This document shows positions 13,866 through 27,224 of a stretch of DNA of 64,000 nucleotides, piece after piece. Source of the stretch: Candidatus Eiseniibacteriota bacterium. Lineage in GTDB: Bacteria > Eisenbacteria > RBG-16-71-46 > CAVPCR01. The notes below the pieces were generated by a model. It was not told the DNA's origin, ran no database searches, and saw only the letters and a program-made list of their open reading frames with translations. A program made the position numbers and the translations under genes. Every line of letters begins with the position of its first letter. Positions within the stretch are counted from its first letter, which is position 1. Where the stretch lies: positions 1-64,000 of the forward strand of contig CAVPCR010000003.1 in the NCBI GenBank assembly GCA_963702435.1. The letters run 5' to 3'.

Positions 13866-16360
13866 ATGCGCTATGGCCATTTCGATGATACAAATCGGGA
13901 ATATGTGATCACACAACCCGACACCCCTCTGCCCTGGATCAATTATCTTGGGTCCGAAGAAATACTTTGGCCTGATCTCGAACACAGCAGGTGGATATTC
14001 ATTCTACAGGGACGCCCGCCTGCGACGCCTGACCCGTTATCGTTACAACAATGCCCCACTGGACATGGGCGGACGATACATTTACCTGCGGGACGAAAAC
14101 CCGCCTCAAACCGGACCTCGGACCTGGTCGCCGACATGGCAGCCAACTCGTACCCCATTGGATGAGTACGAATGTCGGCACGGGATGGGATACACCATCA
14201 TCCGCTCCAAACTGGCCGGGATCGAATGCTGCACCCGCTATTTTGTTCCTCTGGGGAAGAACCTTGAAATCTGGGAATTGACTCTCACCAATCACCGCGA
14301 GGAAGCGGCCAATTGTCTGTGTTTTCAGCCGTGGAATTCAGTCTCTGGGATGCTATGGATGACGCCACCAACTTCCAGCGCAATTACTCCGTTGGCGAAG
14401 TGGAAGTCGTAGACGGCGTGATCTATCACAAAACGGAATACCGCGAGCGCCGCGACCACTTTGCATATCTTGCCTGCTCCGAGCCCGTGACCGGGTTCGA
14501 TACCCAGCGGGAGGCCTTTCTGGGCGCCTACCGGGGATGGGATTCACCGGCGGCGGTCGAGGCGGGCCAGATGTCGCGGATTCGATCGCGCATGGCTGGC
14601 AGCCGATCGGCGCGCAGCATGTCAAGGTCCAATTGAAGCCGGGAGAGCAGAAAAAGATCATCTTCCTGCTCGGATACCACGAAAACCCGGCAGACGAAAA
14701 ATTCGATCCACCCCAATCGCAAATCATCAACAAGCAGACCGTGTCTGCCTGTGATCCGACGTTATCTGAAGGCGGATGTGGTCGAGAAGCGCATTTCAGG
14801 CTTCGCGTGAGCATTGGGACGGCGTGTTGGACAAATTCCAGGTGACCACGCCGGATGAGCACACCAATCGCATGGTCAATATCTGGAACGCCTACCAGGT
14901 GATGACCACCTTCAACCTGTCGCGCTCGGCCTCCTATTTTGAGAGCGGCATTGGGCGCGGCATGGGCTTCCGCGACTCGAGCCAGGATCTGCTTGGCTTC
15001 GTGCAGTTCGTTCCGGAACGGGCCCGGGAGCGGATCTTGGACCTGGCGGCGACACAGTTGCCCAACGGGGGGGCCTATCACCAGTACCAGCCGCTGACCA
15101 AACGTGGCAACAATGATGTCGGCAGCGGTTTCAATGATGACCCGCTTTGGTTGGTGTTGTCGGTGGCAGCTTACGTGAAGGAGACGGGCGACTGGGGAAT
15201 TCTCGAAGAGCCTGTGCCTTACGATAACCAGCCCGGCTAGCGAGGAGCCGCTTGTACGGGCATTTGCGCCGATCGCATCCAGTACACCCTCGACCGTCTT
15301 GGCCCGCATGGACTGCCGCTGATCGGCCGCGCAGACTGGAATGACTGCCTGAATTTGAATTGCTTTTCGGATGCGCCCGGGACAGTCCTTTCAAACCACG
15401 ACCAACAGAGACGGGCAAGATTGCGGAGAGCGTCTTCATCGCCGGGTTGTTCGTGCTGGCAGCGAAGGAGATGCGGCGCTGGTCGAAATCGTCACCAGGC
15501 TGGAAGTTGAGGACCGTGGATCGGAAACTGCGACTTTATGCAAAGCAGCCCAGAGATGGAAAAAGCGATCTGGTCGCAGGGCTGGGACGGCGAATGGTTT
15601 CGCCGGGCGTATGATGATTTCGGCCGGCCGCTCGGGTCGAAGGAAAATGACGAAGGGCAGATCTTCATCGAGCCGCAGGGTATGTGTGTAATGGCAGGGT
15701 TGGGCCTGGAAGACGGTCGGGCGCGGCAGGCTCTGGACTCGGTGGCCGACCACCTGGCGACGCCGCATGGCATCGTGCTGCAGCAGCCTGCTTACCGCAA
15801 GTATTATCTGCACCTGGGTGAGATCTCATCCTACCCGCCTGGGTACAAGGAAAACGCCGGCGTCTTTTGTCACACCAATCCCATGGATCATGATCGCCGA
15901 GACGCTGGTGGGGCGGGCGGACAGGGCCCACGATTACTACTTGCGCATCAACCCGTCGGCACGCGAGGCAATCAGCGATGTCCACCGCTGCGAGCCGTAC
16001 GTTTACGCCCAGATGATCGCCGGCAAAGACGCCCCCACACATGGTGAGGCCAAAAATTCCTGGTTGACCGGCACGGCGGCCTGGAATTACGTCGCCATCA
16101 CACAGTGGATCCTGGGGATCCGCCCAACCTATGACGGCTTGCAGATCGCACCGGTGATTCCCGCCAATTGGGATGGCTTTGAGGCCGAGCGTCACTTCCG
16201 GGGCGTCCGATACGCGATCCAGGTGAACTCGCAACGGTCCGGGGAATGATGTCCGGTTGGAATTGAATGGACTGCCGCTCGAGCGGGACGACGATTCCAA
16301 TCCCACCCGAGGGAAACCCAGCGTTGCACGTCGTGGCCTGGCTGGGTCGAGAGTGAAGTG
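13866..16360 (+). CDS. GH94 cellobiose phosphorylase (indels; end approximate)
   Basis: [77 protein letters not shown]. Confidence 0.92.
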
Positions 16361-16362
16361 CG

Positions 16363-17711
16363 ATGAGCCCAGATAGAGCGGTCTTTCCAAAGGGCTTTGT
16401 CTGGGGTGCCGCGATGGCATCCTATCAGATCGAAGGCGCATGGGACGAGGATGGCAAAGGCGAGAGTATCTGGGATCGCTTCAGCCACACCCCCGGGAAT
16501 GTGCACAACAACGATACGGGCGATGTCGCCTGCGATCACTACCACCGCTGGCGTGAAGATGTCGCATTGATAAAGGCCCTCGGCCTGGAAGCCTATCGCT
16601 TCTCGATCTCCTGGCCGCGCATCTTGCCGGAGGGGCACGGTACGGTGAATCAGGCCGGACTGAACTTCTACTGTAGGTTGGTCGATGCGCTCCTGGATGC
16701 AGGGATAGCGCCCTATGTAACTCTGTACCACTGGGACTTGCCCCAGCCCTTGCAGGATCAAGGCGGCTGGCCGGCGCGGACGGTGGTGGATGCCTTCGCC
16801 GAGTATGCGGACGTCATGGGCCGCTCCCTCGGAGACCGGGTGGAACACTGGATCACGGTAAATGAACCTTGGGTCAGCGCATTCATCGGGCACCAAGACG
16901 GGCGACACGCCCCCGGGCATACCGATCGGAAGGAGGCCCTGGCGGCCGCTCACCATCTCTTCTCGCTCATGGGCGGGCGGTGCCCGTCATTCGTGGCCCA
17001 TTGCCCGGCTGCAAGCGTAGGGATCGCCCTGAACCTGACCCCGCAACAACCCGCATCGCCCAGCCAGGCGGACCGGGAGGCCGCGACCTGGGTGGATGGG
17101 TACATCAACCGCTGGTTCCTCGACCCCCTGGCTGGCCGCGGCTATCCGCGGGACATGGTCGCCGGCTTTGGGGACGCCCTGGATTTCGTTCAAGACGGCG
17201 ACATGCGAACGATCGCCGAGCCCATTGACCTGCTGGGCGCCAACTACTACACCCGCAACATTGTTCGATCGAGAGATCTCAGCGAAGCGGAAAACCTGCG
17301 CCGCACCGTTGTTCCGGGCGATGAGCAGACCGAAATGGGCTGGGAGGTCTACCCCCAGGGCCTCTACAACACCTTGGGCCGGCTGCATTTCGGCTACGGC
17401 TTTCCTGCGATCTATATCACCGAGAACGGCGCAGCCTTCCCGGATACTGTGGCCCCTGACGGAGAAGTGAGCGATCCCGCTCGTCGCTCATACATCCAGC
17501 GCCATCTGCAGATGGTCCAGCGGGCGATCGCCAGCGGCGTCCCGGTGAAAGGATACTTCGTCTGGTCGTTGCTCGACAACTTCGAGTGGGGCTTCGGGTA
17601 CTCCAAGCGCTTCGGGATCGTGCATGTCGACTACCGGACACAGCAGCGCACCCCGAAGGCAAGCGCAGAATCTGGTATCGACAGACCATCAGCAACAATG
17701 CCGTCTCCTGA
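16363..17711 (+). CDS. GH1 beta-glucosidase (indels)
   Basis: FVWGAA.ASYQIEGA, TVNEP and ITENG catalytic motifs, WSLLDNFEW. Confidence 0.96.
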
Positions 17712-17728
17712 ACGAAATAGAGGATTGG

Positions 17729-20046
17729 ATGAAATCAACAAGTCAACAATTGGAAACCCTGCTTTCAAAAATGACCCTGGACGAAAAACTCGCCCAACTT
17801 GGTTCATACTGGATGTACGAACTGCAAACGAACGGGAAGTTGGATTCCGCCAAATTACAATCGAAACTCGGTCCCGGCATTGGACAGATCACCCGCGTAG
17901 CGGGCGCCTCCACACTGGACCCTCTGGCGGCCGCGCGAGCCGGGAATCAGATCCAAAAATTTTTAGTGGAAAAGACGCGTCTCGGCATCCCAGCCATTTT
18001 GCATGAAGAGTGTTGCTCCGGCGCCATGTTTCTGGGAGGCACAGCATTCCCCCAGATGATCGGATTGGCAAGCGCCTTCCAGCCCGAACTGGCCGAGAAG
18101 ATGACGCGCTCCATCCGCAGGCAGTTACTGGCAATTGGTGCACGCCAGGCCCTGGCCCCTGTCCTGGATGTTTCGCGTGACCCGCGTCGGGGTCGCACCG
18201 AAGAGACCTTTGGCGAAGACCCGACTTTGGTCAGCCAATTCGGCATGGCATATATTCGCGGCTTGCAGGGAGAAACATTGTCCGAGGGTGTGATGGCAAC
18301 TGGCAAGCATTTCATCGGTCACAGTTTGTCTCAGGGCGGGCAGAACTGCGCCCCCGTCTATATGGGGATGCGCGACCTGCACGAAATATTTCTTGCCCCA
18401 TTTCAAGCGGCCATACGCGACGCTGGCCTGGCTTCCATCATGAACTCCTATCCCGAACTGGACGGGGAAGTGGTAGCCGTCTCCCGTCGAATCCTGACCG
18501 ACTTGCTGCGCAACGAACTTGGGTTCGGGGGCGTAGTTGTCTCAGATTACGAGGCAGTCATCATGATCCACAACTTCCACAACGCCGCGGCGGATTTGTC
18601 CACGGCAGGGCGGCTGGCGCTCACAGCGGGAGTGGATGTCGAACTGCCGACCACGGTCTGTTACGGCGACCCACTCAAAGTCGCGATTGAAGCGGGCGAT
18701 CTGGACATGGAAACTGTCAACACCGCGGTGCATCGTCACTTGCAGAAGAAGTTCGAACTTGGACTGTTTGAGCATCCCTATGTGGATGAAGGCCGCGTCC
18801 TCGAAGTCTTTGAGACCGCGGAGCAACGCGCTGCTGGCACGCCAGATCGCCTGCAAAAGCATGGTCCTGCTCAGAAACGACGGCCTGCTTCCCCTCCCAA
18901 AAACCATCGGCACACTGGCCGTCATTGGCCCAAATGCAGACAGCGAGCGCAACCTGCTTGGCGATTATTCCTACGCGGCCACCCTGGAACTGATGAAGTT
19001 TTGGACTCCGCCCGATTTATCCTTTGCCGCGCTCGATGATGCTGAACTTGCCAAACATGAAGTGCGGGTTGTCAGCGTGCTGGCAGGCATTAGATCGGCA
19101 GTCTCGCCCGACACTAAAATCCTTTATGCAAAAGGCTGTGACAATCTAATTCCAGGAGCCAGTGAATTTGCCGAGGCCGTTCAAATCGCCCGACAGGCCG
19201 ACGCCGTTGTGCTTGTCCTCGGCGACTGTTCCGGTCTGGTTCCCAGTTGCACCACAGGCGAAACGCGTGACAGCGCCGATCTGCGCCTGCCCGGCGTGCA
19301 GGAGGAATTGGCGCGGGCAATCCTTGCCACAGGCAAACCCGTTGCAGCGGTGCTGGTCAATGGCCGCCCCTACGCCATCCCCTGGCTGGACAAAGACGCA
19401 TCCGCCATCCTCGAAGCCTGGCTTCCCGGAGAAGAGGGCGGCGGGGCAGTTGCAAATGTGCTCTTCGGCGATGTCAATCCCGGCGGCAAACTACCAGTCA
19501 CGTTTCCTCGTCACGTTGGTCAATTGCCCATCTACTACAATCACAAGCCGTCGGGCATGAAGTCGCATTGGTACGGCGATTACGTCTCCGAGAAGGCCGC
19601 GCCGTTGTATCCCTTTGGGCACGGGCTAAGTTACACCGCGTTCGAGTACAGCGATCTGTCCATAGATCGGAAACAGGTTGGGGCGCGAGACCGTGGACGT
19701 TTCGCTCAGGATCGCCAACACAGGCAAAGTCACAGGCGACGAGGTGGTCCAGCTTTACATCCGTGACGAGTATGCCAGCGTCCCGCGCCCGATGAAGGAA
19801 TTAAAAGGATATGTCCGCCTGACGCTTGAACCCGGCGCGTCCAAAACCGTGACCTTCAGCCTGCCCGCCGACCAACTAGCTTTTTACGATACCGAACTGA
19901 ATCTCGTGCTCGAACCTGGACGGATTTTTGTGATGGTCGGAAGTTCCAGCGAGGATATTCGCCTGACAAGCGAATTTGAGATCGTCGGTGACGGCAAGAT
20001 CCCTGTCGAAAAACGGGTATTCGTTTGTCCCGTGCAAGTTTCTTAA
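17729..20046 (+). CDS. GH3 beta-xylosidase/beta-glucosidase with Fn3-like C-terminus (indels)
   Basis: [40 protein letters not shown]. Confidence 0.94.
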
Positions 20047-20060
20047 AAAAGGAGTATGCA

Positions 20061-21228
20061 ATGTCTGATTTCACCCCCAAACCGGAACACAAATTCACAT
20101 TTGGCCTGTGGACGGTTGGCTCGCGTGGCGCCGACCCGTTTGGCGCGGCCACCCGCGAGCACAAAACTCCCGCCGAACTGGTCTACCTGCTCAGTGAAGT
20201 CGGTGCGTACGGCGTCAACTTTCACGATAACGACCTGATTCCCATCGACGCCACCCCCACCGAACCGGATGCCATCAAAAAGGCCTTCCGAAAATCTCTT
20301 GCAGAGACCGGGATCGTTGTGCCAATGGCGACCACCAACCTATTCAGCGACCCGATCTTCAAGGATGGCGCGTTCACCAGCAACAACCCAAACGTCCGCG
20401 CGTACGCCTTGCAAAAAACCATGAACGCCATTGACCTGGGCGTGGAATTTGGCGCGAAGATCTACGTCTTCTGGGGCGGACGCGAAGGAACCGAGACCGA
20501 TTCGAGTAAAAGCGCGGTGGAAGCCATCAAGCGCAACCGCGAAGCAATGAACTTCCTGTGCGAATATGCGCTCGATAAAAAATACGACTTGAAATTTGCG
20601 CTGGAAGCCAAACCCAACGAACCGCGCGCCGATATCTACAATCCCACCACCGGGCACATGCTGGCCTTCATTGAGACCCTCGACCATCCCGAAATGGTTG
20701 GCGTGAATCCCGAAGTGGCGCACGAACACATGGCGGGCATCAATTTCATGCACGGCGTCGCGCAGGCTTGGGAGGCGGGCAAACTCTTCCACATTGACCT
20801 GAACGATCAGTATCCTGGCCGCTACGATCAGGATCTGCGCTTCGGCTCGCGCGATATAAAGGCCGCGTTCTATCCTTGTCAAGTTCCTCGAGGATGTCGG
20901 TTACTCCGGCTCACGTCACTTCGACGCGCACGCCTACCGCACAGAAGACATCGAGGGCGTTAAGGACTTTGCGCGTGGCTGTATACGCACATACCTCATC
21001 CTGAAAGAAAAGGCCGCGCAATTCAACGCGGACAAAGAGATACAGGCCCTGCTCGCCGAAATCCATGCCGACGATGGCACAATGACCCGGTACTTTGGCA
21101 AGTACAACGCCGAAAAAGCCCGGGCGCTCAAGTCCCATTCCTTCGACCGCGCGGCCATCGGCTTGAAAGGCCTGCGCTACGAACGACTCGATCAATTGAC
21201 CATTGACCTGTTGCTCGGCATTCGCTAA
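20061..21228 (+). CDS. xylA: Xylose isomerase (class I type)
   Basis: [50 protein letters not shown]. Confidence 0.97.
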
Positions 21229-21278
21229 TTCCCTGCGCGTCACGCCTGAACAACAGGCGTGACGCCTTTCTCCATGTC

Positions 21279-22165
21279 ATGATGCAAACCGTAAAATTTC
21301 TCGATTTCGATTGCGTCTCCCTTGAGAATTCGTTTCTCCGATTGCTGATTACCCAATCGGCGGGACCGCGCGTCATCTCCCTACAATTCAAAGGCGGGAA
21401 AAACCTATTCGCTGAACTATCGGATTTTGTCACCGAGCGCCCGGATGGAACCCTCTTTCATTTCTATGGCGGACATCGCCTGTGGCACGCCCCCGAAAAC
21501 ATGCCGCGCACGTACATTCCGGACAATGAAGCTGTCACCGTTGTCCCCGCGTGGAAGGCTTGTTGGTCACACAGCCGGTCGAGGTGCAGACAGGAATCGA
21601 GAAGGCCATCCAAATTTCCCTGGTGGATGAAAAGCCCCAGGTCATTGTCCGCCACACACTGACGAACCGCGGGCCGTGGCCTGTGGAGTGCGCGCCGTGG
21701 GCGATCACGCAGTTTCGCACAGGCGGGGTTGCGATCCTGCCCCAGTCACGCGAGCAAACCGAAGTCCTGCCGAACCGTTCTTTGTCGCTCTGGCCATACA
21801 CAGACATTTCCAATCCGCACGTGACCTGGGGAAATCAATATATTCTCGTGCACGCCGACATGCAACAACCATTTAAGGTTGGCTTCCCCAACCCGCGCGG
21901 CTGGCTAGCCTATTGGCTGGACGGAGTCCTGTTTGTCAAGCGTGCGCCTTTCGATCCGAAGTCCGCGTATTATGACCTGGGAAGTTCAAGCGAATGTTAT
22001 TGCAACCAGCGCTTCCTTGAATTGGAAACGCTGGCTCCCATCGGCACGCTGGCTCCGGACGAGTCCGTCACGCACACTGAAACTTGGGAATTGTACGGCG
22101 GCATTGATCTTCCACAAAATGAAGATAGCGCACAAGCCCTCGCGGAGCAATTGGGATTGGAGTGA
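21279..22165 (+). CDS. Uncharacterised protein (DUF4380/aldose-epimerase-like), one indel
   Basis: GPRVI, YGGHRLWHAPE, LELETLAP...L.P.ES.TH.ETW motifs; lies between xylA and xylB. Confidence 0.7.
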
Positions 22166-22168
22166 AGC

Positions 22169-23664
22169 ATGACATACTTCCTCGGCATTGACACATCCAC
22201 GATTGCCACCAAAGCCCTGCTGATCGACACGGCTGGGCGCGTGGTGGCAGTGGCCGCGACGGAATATCCATTTGAGACGCCGCGCCCGCTCTGGAGCGAA
22301 CAACATCCCAAGCTGTGGTGGGACGGCGCGCAGAGATCCATTCGCGCTGTGATCCAAAAATCAGGAGTGGACACCGCGCAGATTGGCGGTGTCGGGCTGA
22401 CAGGCCAAATGCACGGATTGGTGTTGCTCGACGCGGCGGGCGAAGTATTGCGCCCGTCCATTTTATGGAACGACCAGCGCACACAATCCCAGTGCGATGA
22501 AATTCACGCGCGGATGGGCAGGAAAAAATTCATCCAGAACACCGGGAATGTGGCATTGACTGGTTTTACCGCGCCCAAGATTCTGTGGGTCAAAGAGAAC
22601 GAGCCAGACATATGCCAAAGCCGCACATGTGTTGTTGCCCAAGGATTTTGTCCGCTATAAGTTAACCGGCGATTTCGCGATGGACAAAGCCGACGGCGCT
22701 GGCACTGTGCTGATGGATCTGCAAAAGCGCGATTGGTCGGACGAGGTTTTATCTGCGCTGGAGATTCCCCGCGCGTGGATGCCGCCGCTTTTTGAGGGGA
22801 CGCAAATTACCGGACAAGTCTCGGCCTCTGCCAGCGTCTGCAACCGGACTGAGAGCGGGCACTCCCGTCATGGCAGGCGGTGGCGATCAGGCCGCGCAGG
22901 CTGTTGGCGTTGGCGCCGTCAAAGAGGGCATCGTCGCATTGACACTCGGCACAAGCGGCGTGGTCTTTGCAACTACCAACAACGCTTTCATCGAATCCGA
23001 GGGACGCCTGCATGCGTTCTGCCACTCCGTGCCGGACAAATGGCATCTGATGGGCGTCATGCTTTCAGCGGCCGGATCGTTGCGCTGGTATCGCGACACA
23101 TTTGCCCCCGCTTCATCCTACGACGATTTGCTGGCTCCTATTACGAACATCCCCGCCGGCTCGGACGGTCTGCTTTTCCTCCCCTACCTCACCGGCGAAC
23201 GGACGCCTCATCCCGACCCGCTGGCGCGCGGCGCGTTTGTGGGGCTTACGGTCCGGCATGGAATGGCACACTGTACACGCGCAGTTCTGGAAGGTGTGGC
23301 GTTTGGCCTGAAAAACTCATTCGAGTTGATGAAATCTGCCGGGCTGGCAAAGATCGAGCAGGTGCGCGTCTCGGGAGGCGGAGCGCGGTCCGCGCTGTGG
23401 CGGCAAATCCTAGCTGATGTGTTCGACACCGAACTGGTGACAGTCAACACCACTGAAGGAGCGGCCTATGGCGCGGCCCTGCTGGCAGGAGTGGGCGCAG
23501 GACTCTGGCGAGACGTGGAATCAGCATGTGACCTTGCGATCCAGGTAAGCGGGGAAACTCATCCGGTCGAGGCACAGGCGAGTATCTACCGCAGGGTGTA
23601 TCCGCTTTACAGAAAATTGTATCCGGCGCTTCGTTCAGGTTTTGGAGCGCTTGGTGTCATCTGA
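22169..23664 (+). CDS. xylB: Xylulokinase (FGGY family; indels)
   Basis: LGIDTST, GLTGQMHG, ILWNDQRT, GGGDQAA, FLPYLTGERTPH. Confidence 0.96.
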
Positions 23665-23667
23665 GCA

Positions 23668-23706
23668 AAACAGAAAAGGTTGTCCTTGTGACAACCTTTT
23701 CTGTTT
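23668..23706. terminator. Bidirectional intrinsic terminator after xylB
   Basis: aaacagaaaaggttgtc-cttgt-gacaaccttttctgttt. Confidence 0.85.
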
Positions 23707-23871
23707 AAAGAGTCGCAAACCGTCAAGATTCTGGTAGACTATATCTGTAAAAACAACACCATGAGCCGCGAGTCTGTAAGCGCGGTGGAAGAAGTAATGG
23801 GTAGTGAATCAGCCACGCCTGCCGAAAGCGTGAAATCATCTGTTTGAAATCCCGGCAGTTGAGGAGAAACC

Positions 23872-24901
23872 ATGGCAAAAACAATTGAAATCCTGGCGGA
23901 AGGGCAAGGCGAACTGATTGGCTGGCACGACCCGGACGAAAATCGAGCCTGGGTGCGCGAGCATAAATCACGCGGACTGAATGACAAGCGCATGAGCGTG
24001 AAGGAGGCTGTGACTCGCTTTGTGCGAGACGGGGATTATCTTGCCATCGGCGGATTTGGACATGTGCGCGTGCCGATGTCCATCGTTTATGAGATCATTC
24101 GTCAGGGACGCCGCAATCTGGTGATGGCCGGGAAAACTGCCGTACATGATATCGATGTGTTGATCGGCGCGGGCTGTGTCAGCAAAGTAGAATGTGCATA
24201 CTCCTTTGGACACGAACTGCGCGGACTGTCGCCCGCGGGACGACGCGCCGTGGAAAGCGGACAGGTTAAAAGTGGCGGCTGAAATTTCCAATGGCGGATA
24301 TCAATGGCGCTTCCTGGCCGGGATGATGGGTATTCCTTTCATTCCGACACGCAATCTCGCCGGGACGGACACCTTTGAGAAGAGTTCTGCCAAACAGATC
24401 CGCGATCCCTGGAGCGGCAAGCCAGTGACACTGGTCCCGGCGGCGTATCCAGATGTGGCGCTCTTCCACGTGCCTCGTTGTGACCAGTACGGCAATGCGC
24501 AGATTGACGGCATCCTGGTGGAGGATTTTGAGCTGGCGCGCGCCGCCCGCCGCGTAATTATCACCACCGAGGAGATCATTCACAACGATGACATTCGCGG
24601 GGAGCCGGATCGCACTGCCATCCCCTTCTATGTTGTAGATGCGGTCTGTGAGGTGCCTTATGGCGCGCATCCAACCCTGATGCCCTACCAATATTATTTC
24701 GATGAAAACCATATTCGAAAATGGATGATGCTTGCCAAAACCGAAGAGGGCGCACAAGAATACCTGGCGAAATATGTTTTTGGTGTGGCTGATTTTGAGG
24801 AGTACCTTGAGAAAATCGGGGGAGTGCGGACACTTTCTCAACTAAAGAGAGTCGAACAACTCAGAGCGCCGTTGACAAACAATGATGCAAACAGGGAGTA
24901 G
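23872..24901 (+). CDS. Family I CoA-transferase subunit A (glutaconate CoA-transferase-like), one indel
   Basis: EAVTRFVRDGDYLAIGGF, PDVALFHV.RCD.YGN, VDAVCEVPYGAHP. Confidence 0.88.
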
Positions 24902-24905
24902 GCCA

Positions 24906-25688
24906 ATGGAAAAACCAAATCCCGGAAACTACACTTTATCTGAACTCCTGGCTTGTGTAGCCTCTCGTCTGTTGGAAGATAACCGGGCAGTCTTTGTGGG
25001 AACCGGCCTTCCGATGATCTCCACCATGCTGGCACAGCGCACGCACGCGCCGAACATCCTGATCATTTTCGAGGCGGGCGGAATTGGCCCACAAGTGCCG
25101 GTCCTGCCCATTTCTGTGGGAGATTCGCGCACATTTTACCGGGCAATGGCGGCTTCATCCATGCATGATGTCATGTCTGCGGCGCAGGCGGGCTTCATTG
25201 ACTATGCCTTCCTGGGCGCGGCGGCCATGGATGCCTACGGTAACCTGAATACCACCGTCATCGGGGATTGGGAACAACCCAAAGTCCGCCTCCCCGGCTC
25301 AGGCGGAGCAAACGATCTGGGATCGCTTTGCTGGCGGACACTCTACATCATGCGCAACCAGAGTCAGCGCACATTCATGAAAAAGTTGGAATTTGTGACG
25401 ACGCCCGGCTGGTTGACCGGCGACGGTGCACGTGAAGCGGCGGGACTGCCAGCCGGTTGCGGCCCGTACCGTGTCATCACTCAGTTGGGCGTATATGGTT
25501 TCGATTTGCAATCAAAACGGCTTACTCTTCTCAGCCTGCATCCGGGCGTGACGGTGGAGGATGTGCAGACCAACAGCAATTTCGAAATTTTGATTCCGCA
25601 AGACCTGTCCACAACCCAGCCGCCGACAGAAGAGGAACAACACATCCTCCGCGAGATCGACCCAACTGGGATGGTTCTGGGAAAGTGA
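24906..25688 (+). CDS. Family I CoA-transferase subunit B
   Basis: FVGTGLP, IFEAG, YGNLNTT, RLPGSGGAND, VITQLG, LHPGVTVEDV. Confidence 0.9.
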   Translation: MEKPNPGNYTLSELLACVASRLLEDNRAVFVGTGLPMISTMLAQRTHAPNILIIFEAGGIGPQVPVLPISVGDSRTFYRAMAASSMHDVMSAAQAGFIDYAFLGAAAMDAYGNLNTTVIGDWEQPKVRLPGSGGANDLGSLCWRTLYIMRNQSQRTFMKKLEFVTTPGWLTGDGAREAAGLPAGCGPYRVITQLGVYGFDLQSKRLTLLSLHPGVTVEDVQTNSNFEILIPQDLSTTQPPTEEEQHILREIDPTGMVLGK

Positions 25689-25697
25689 CCTTCCCCG

Positions 25698-27030
25698 CTA
25701 CAGCCCAAAGCAAAATATCAAATCGTTGACATTTGTCCCCGTCAGTCCGGGCTTGAGCAAATCATCCAGCGCGCTGAAATAACTGTGAGAATTATTGTCG
25801 TTCAGAAAGGCTTCGGGGGAAAGTCCCAAATTCAACCCGCGTTGTAAAGTTTCACCAGTGACCACAGCCCCGGCGGCATCTGTGGTGCCATCTTCGCCAT
25901 CAGTGGCGAGAGTGACAAACAACACATCGCGCAGATCGGCCAGTTCCCGGACGGCGGCCAAAGCCAGTTCCTGGTTGCGTCCGCCGCGCCCGCGTCCACG
26001 CAGGGTAACGGTTGTCTCGCCGCCCGCGATCAAACAGAAAGGACGCGGCTCTGAAGAACGCCTCAGACGCCGGGACAATTCGCCGCCAACGGTGCGCGCC
26101 TCACCCTGCCAGTCACTCCCCAATGAATATGGATGAAAACCCTCGCTTCGCGCCTGACCGAGGGCTGATTCCACGGCCAGCGCGTTACTCCCCACGATGA
26201 CATTTTGCACCCGCTCGAATAACCTGTCGCCCGGTTTGGGAGTTTCGGGATTCGTCCTGAGCGCGTCGAGAATTGCCCCGGATACTTTTTCCACCAAATT
26301 ATATTTTTCCAGCACGCCCAACGCGTCGCCGCGGGTGGATGGATCGGGCGCGGTCGGCCCGGAGGCGATAGACTCAAGCGAATTGTCCACCACATCTGAA
26401 AGGATCAGACTGACGATCTGCGCGGGGAAGGCCGACCGGGCAAGTCCGCCGCCCTTGAGTTCGATCCAGGTGACGGCGCAAAGTGTTGATTTCATCCACT
26501 CGCGCACCGCAGGCCAGCAATTCGGATGTAAGTTCGCGCAAATCAGCCAGTGAAACGCCCGCATGTGGAACCGTCATCAACGCAGACCCGCCACCGGAGA
26601 TGAGGCAGATCAGCAGATCGTCTTCACCAAGTCCGCTCACCAGTTCGAGGGCTTTTTCTCCAGCCCGCAGGCTATCTTCATCGGGGACGGGATGCCCGCC
26701 AGGTTGGATGTCGAATCCACTCAGGGGTTGGACGGGAGTTTGTTTTGGAATGAGCAGGCCGCGGGGAGAAAGATCCGAAAGCAGGTCAATCAGGGGCAGA
26801 GTCATGGCGTGGGAGGCTTTTCCCAGTCCAAGGATGCGAATCCGTCCAATTTTGTCCAGAAGATATTTCTGCTTGTTGACGAAGAGGATTTTTCCCTCGC
26901 GATGAACAAAGCGGCGGACAGCCTGCCCGGGCTCCACAGCCTGGATGGCCGCACAAAGAATACGTGTGACGGACTCGCCGCGCGGGTGACGGGCGAGAGT
27001 GTGAGTGATGAACGATTCCGGACGGAGCAT
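25698..27030 (-). CDS. Glycerate 2-kinase (DUF4147/MOFRL), one indel
   Basis: GLGKA, GHPVPD, LISGGGSAL, IASGPT, GGETTV, GGRNQE, TGTNVND. Confidence 0.93.
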
Positions 27031-27075
27031 GGTGGCGAGACAATCCTATTCTGTAATTTTCATTTATACCGCACT

Positions 27076-27125
27076 CGGTCACAAATTGCGCTTTTTCAGA
27101 AGGTGGGAAGCGCAATTTGTGACCG
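27076..27125. repeat. 18-bp perfect inverted repeat between divergent genes
   Basis: cggtcacaaattgcgctt ... aagcgcaatttgtgaccg. Confidence 0.8.
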
Positions 27126-27224
27126 TGGGTATTATAGAGAGCACCCAACTTCAGAAATAGCGATAGAATCATTCAGCGCAATCTCAATTATATGTCGAAT
27201 GAACCAATTCATTCCAAGGTAACC

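Noticed and set aside
16363..18006. GH1 with a long C-terminal extension
   Set aside because: Frameshift near 17668; the natural end is WYRQTISNNAVS* at 17711 and the extension overlaps the GH3 gene
23707..23871. Riboswitch upstream of the CoA-transferase genes
   Set aside because: Only short partial resemblances (gccgaaag); I could not match a family consensus. An Rfam scan would settle it
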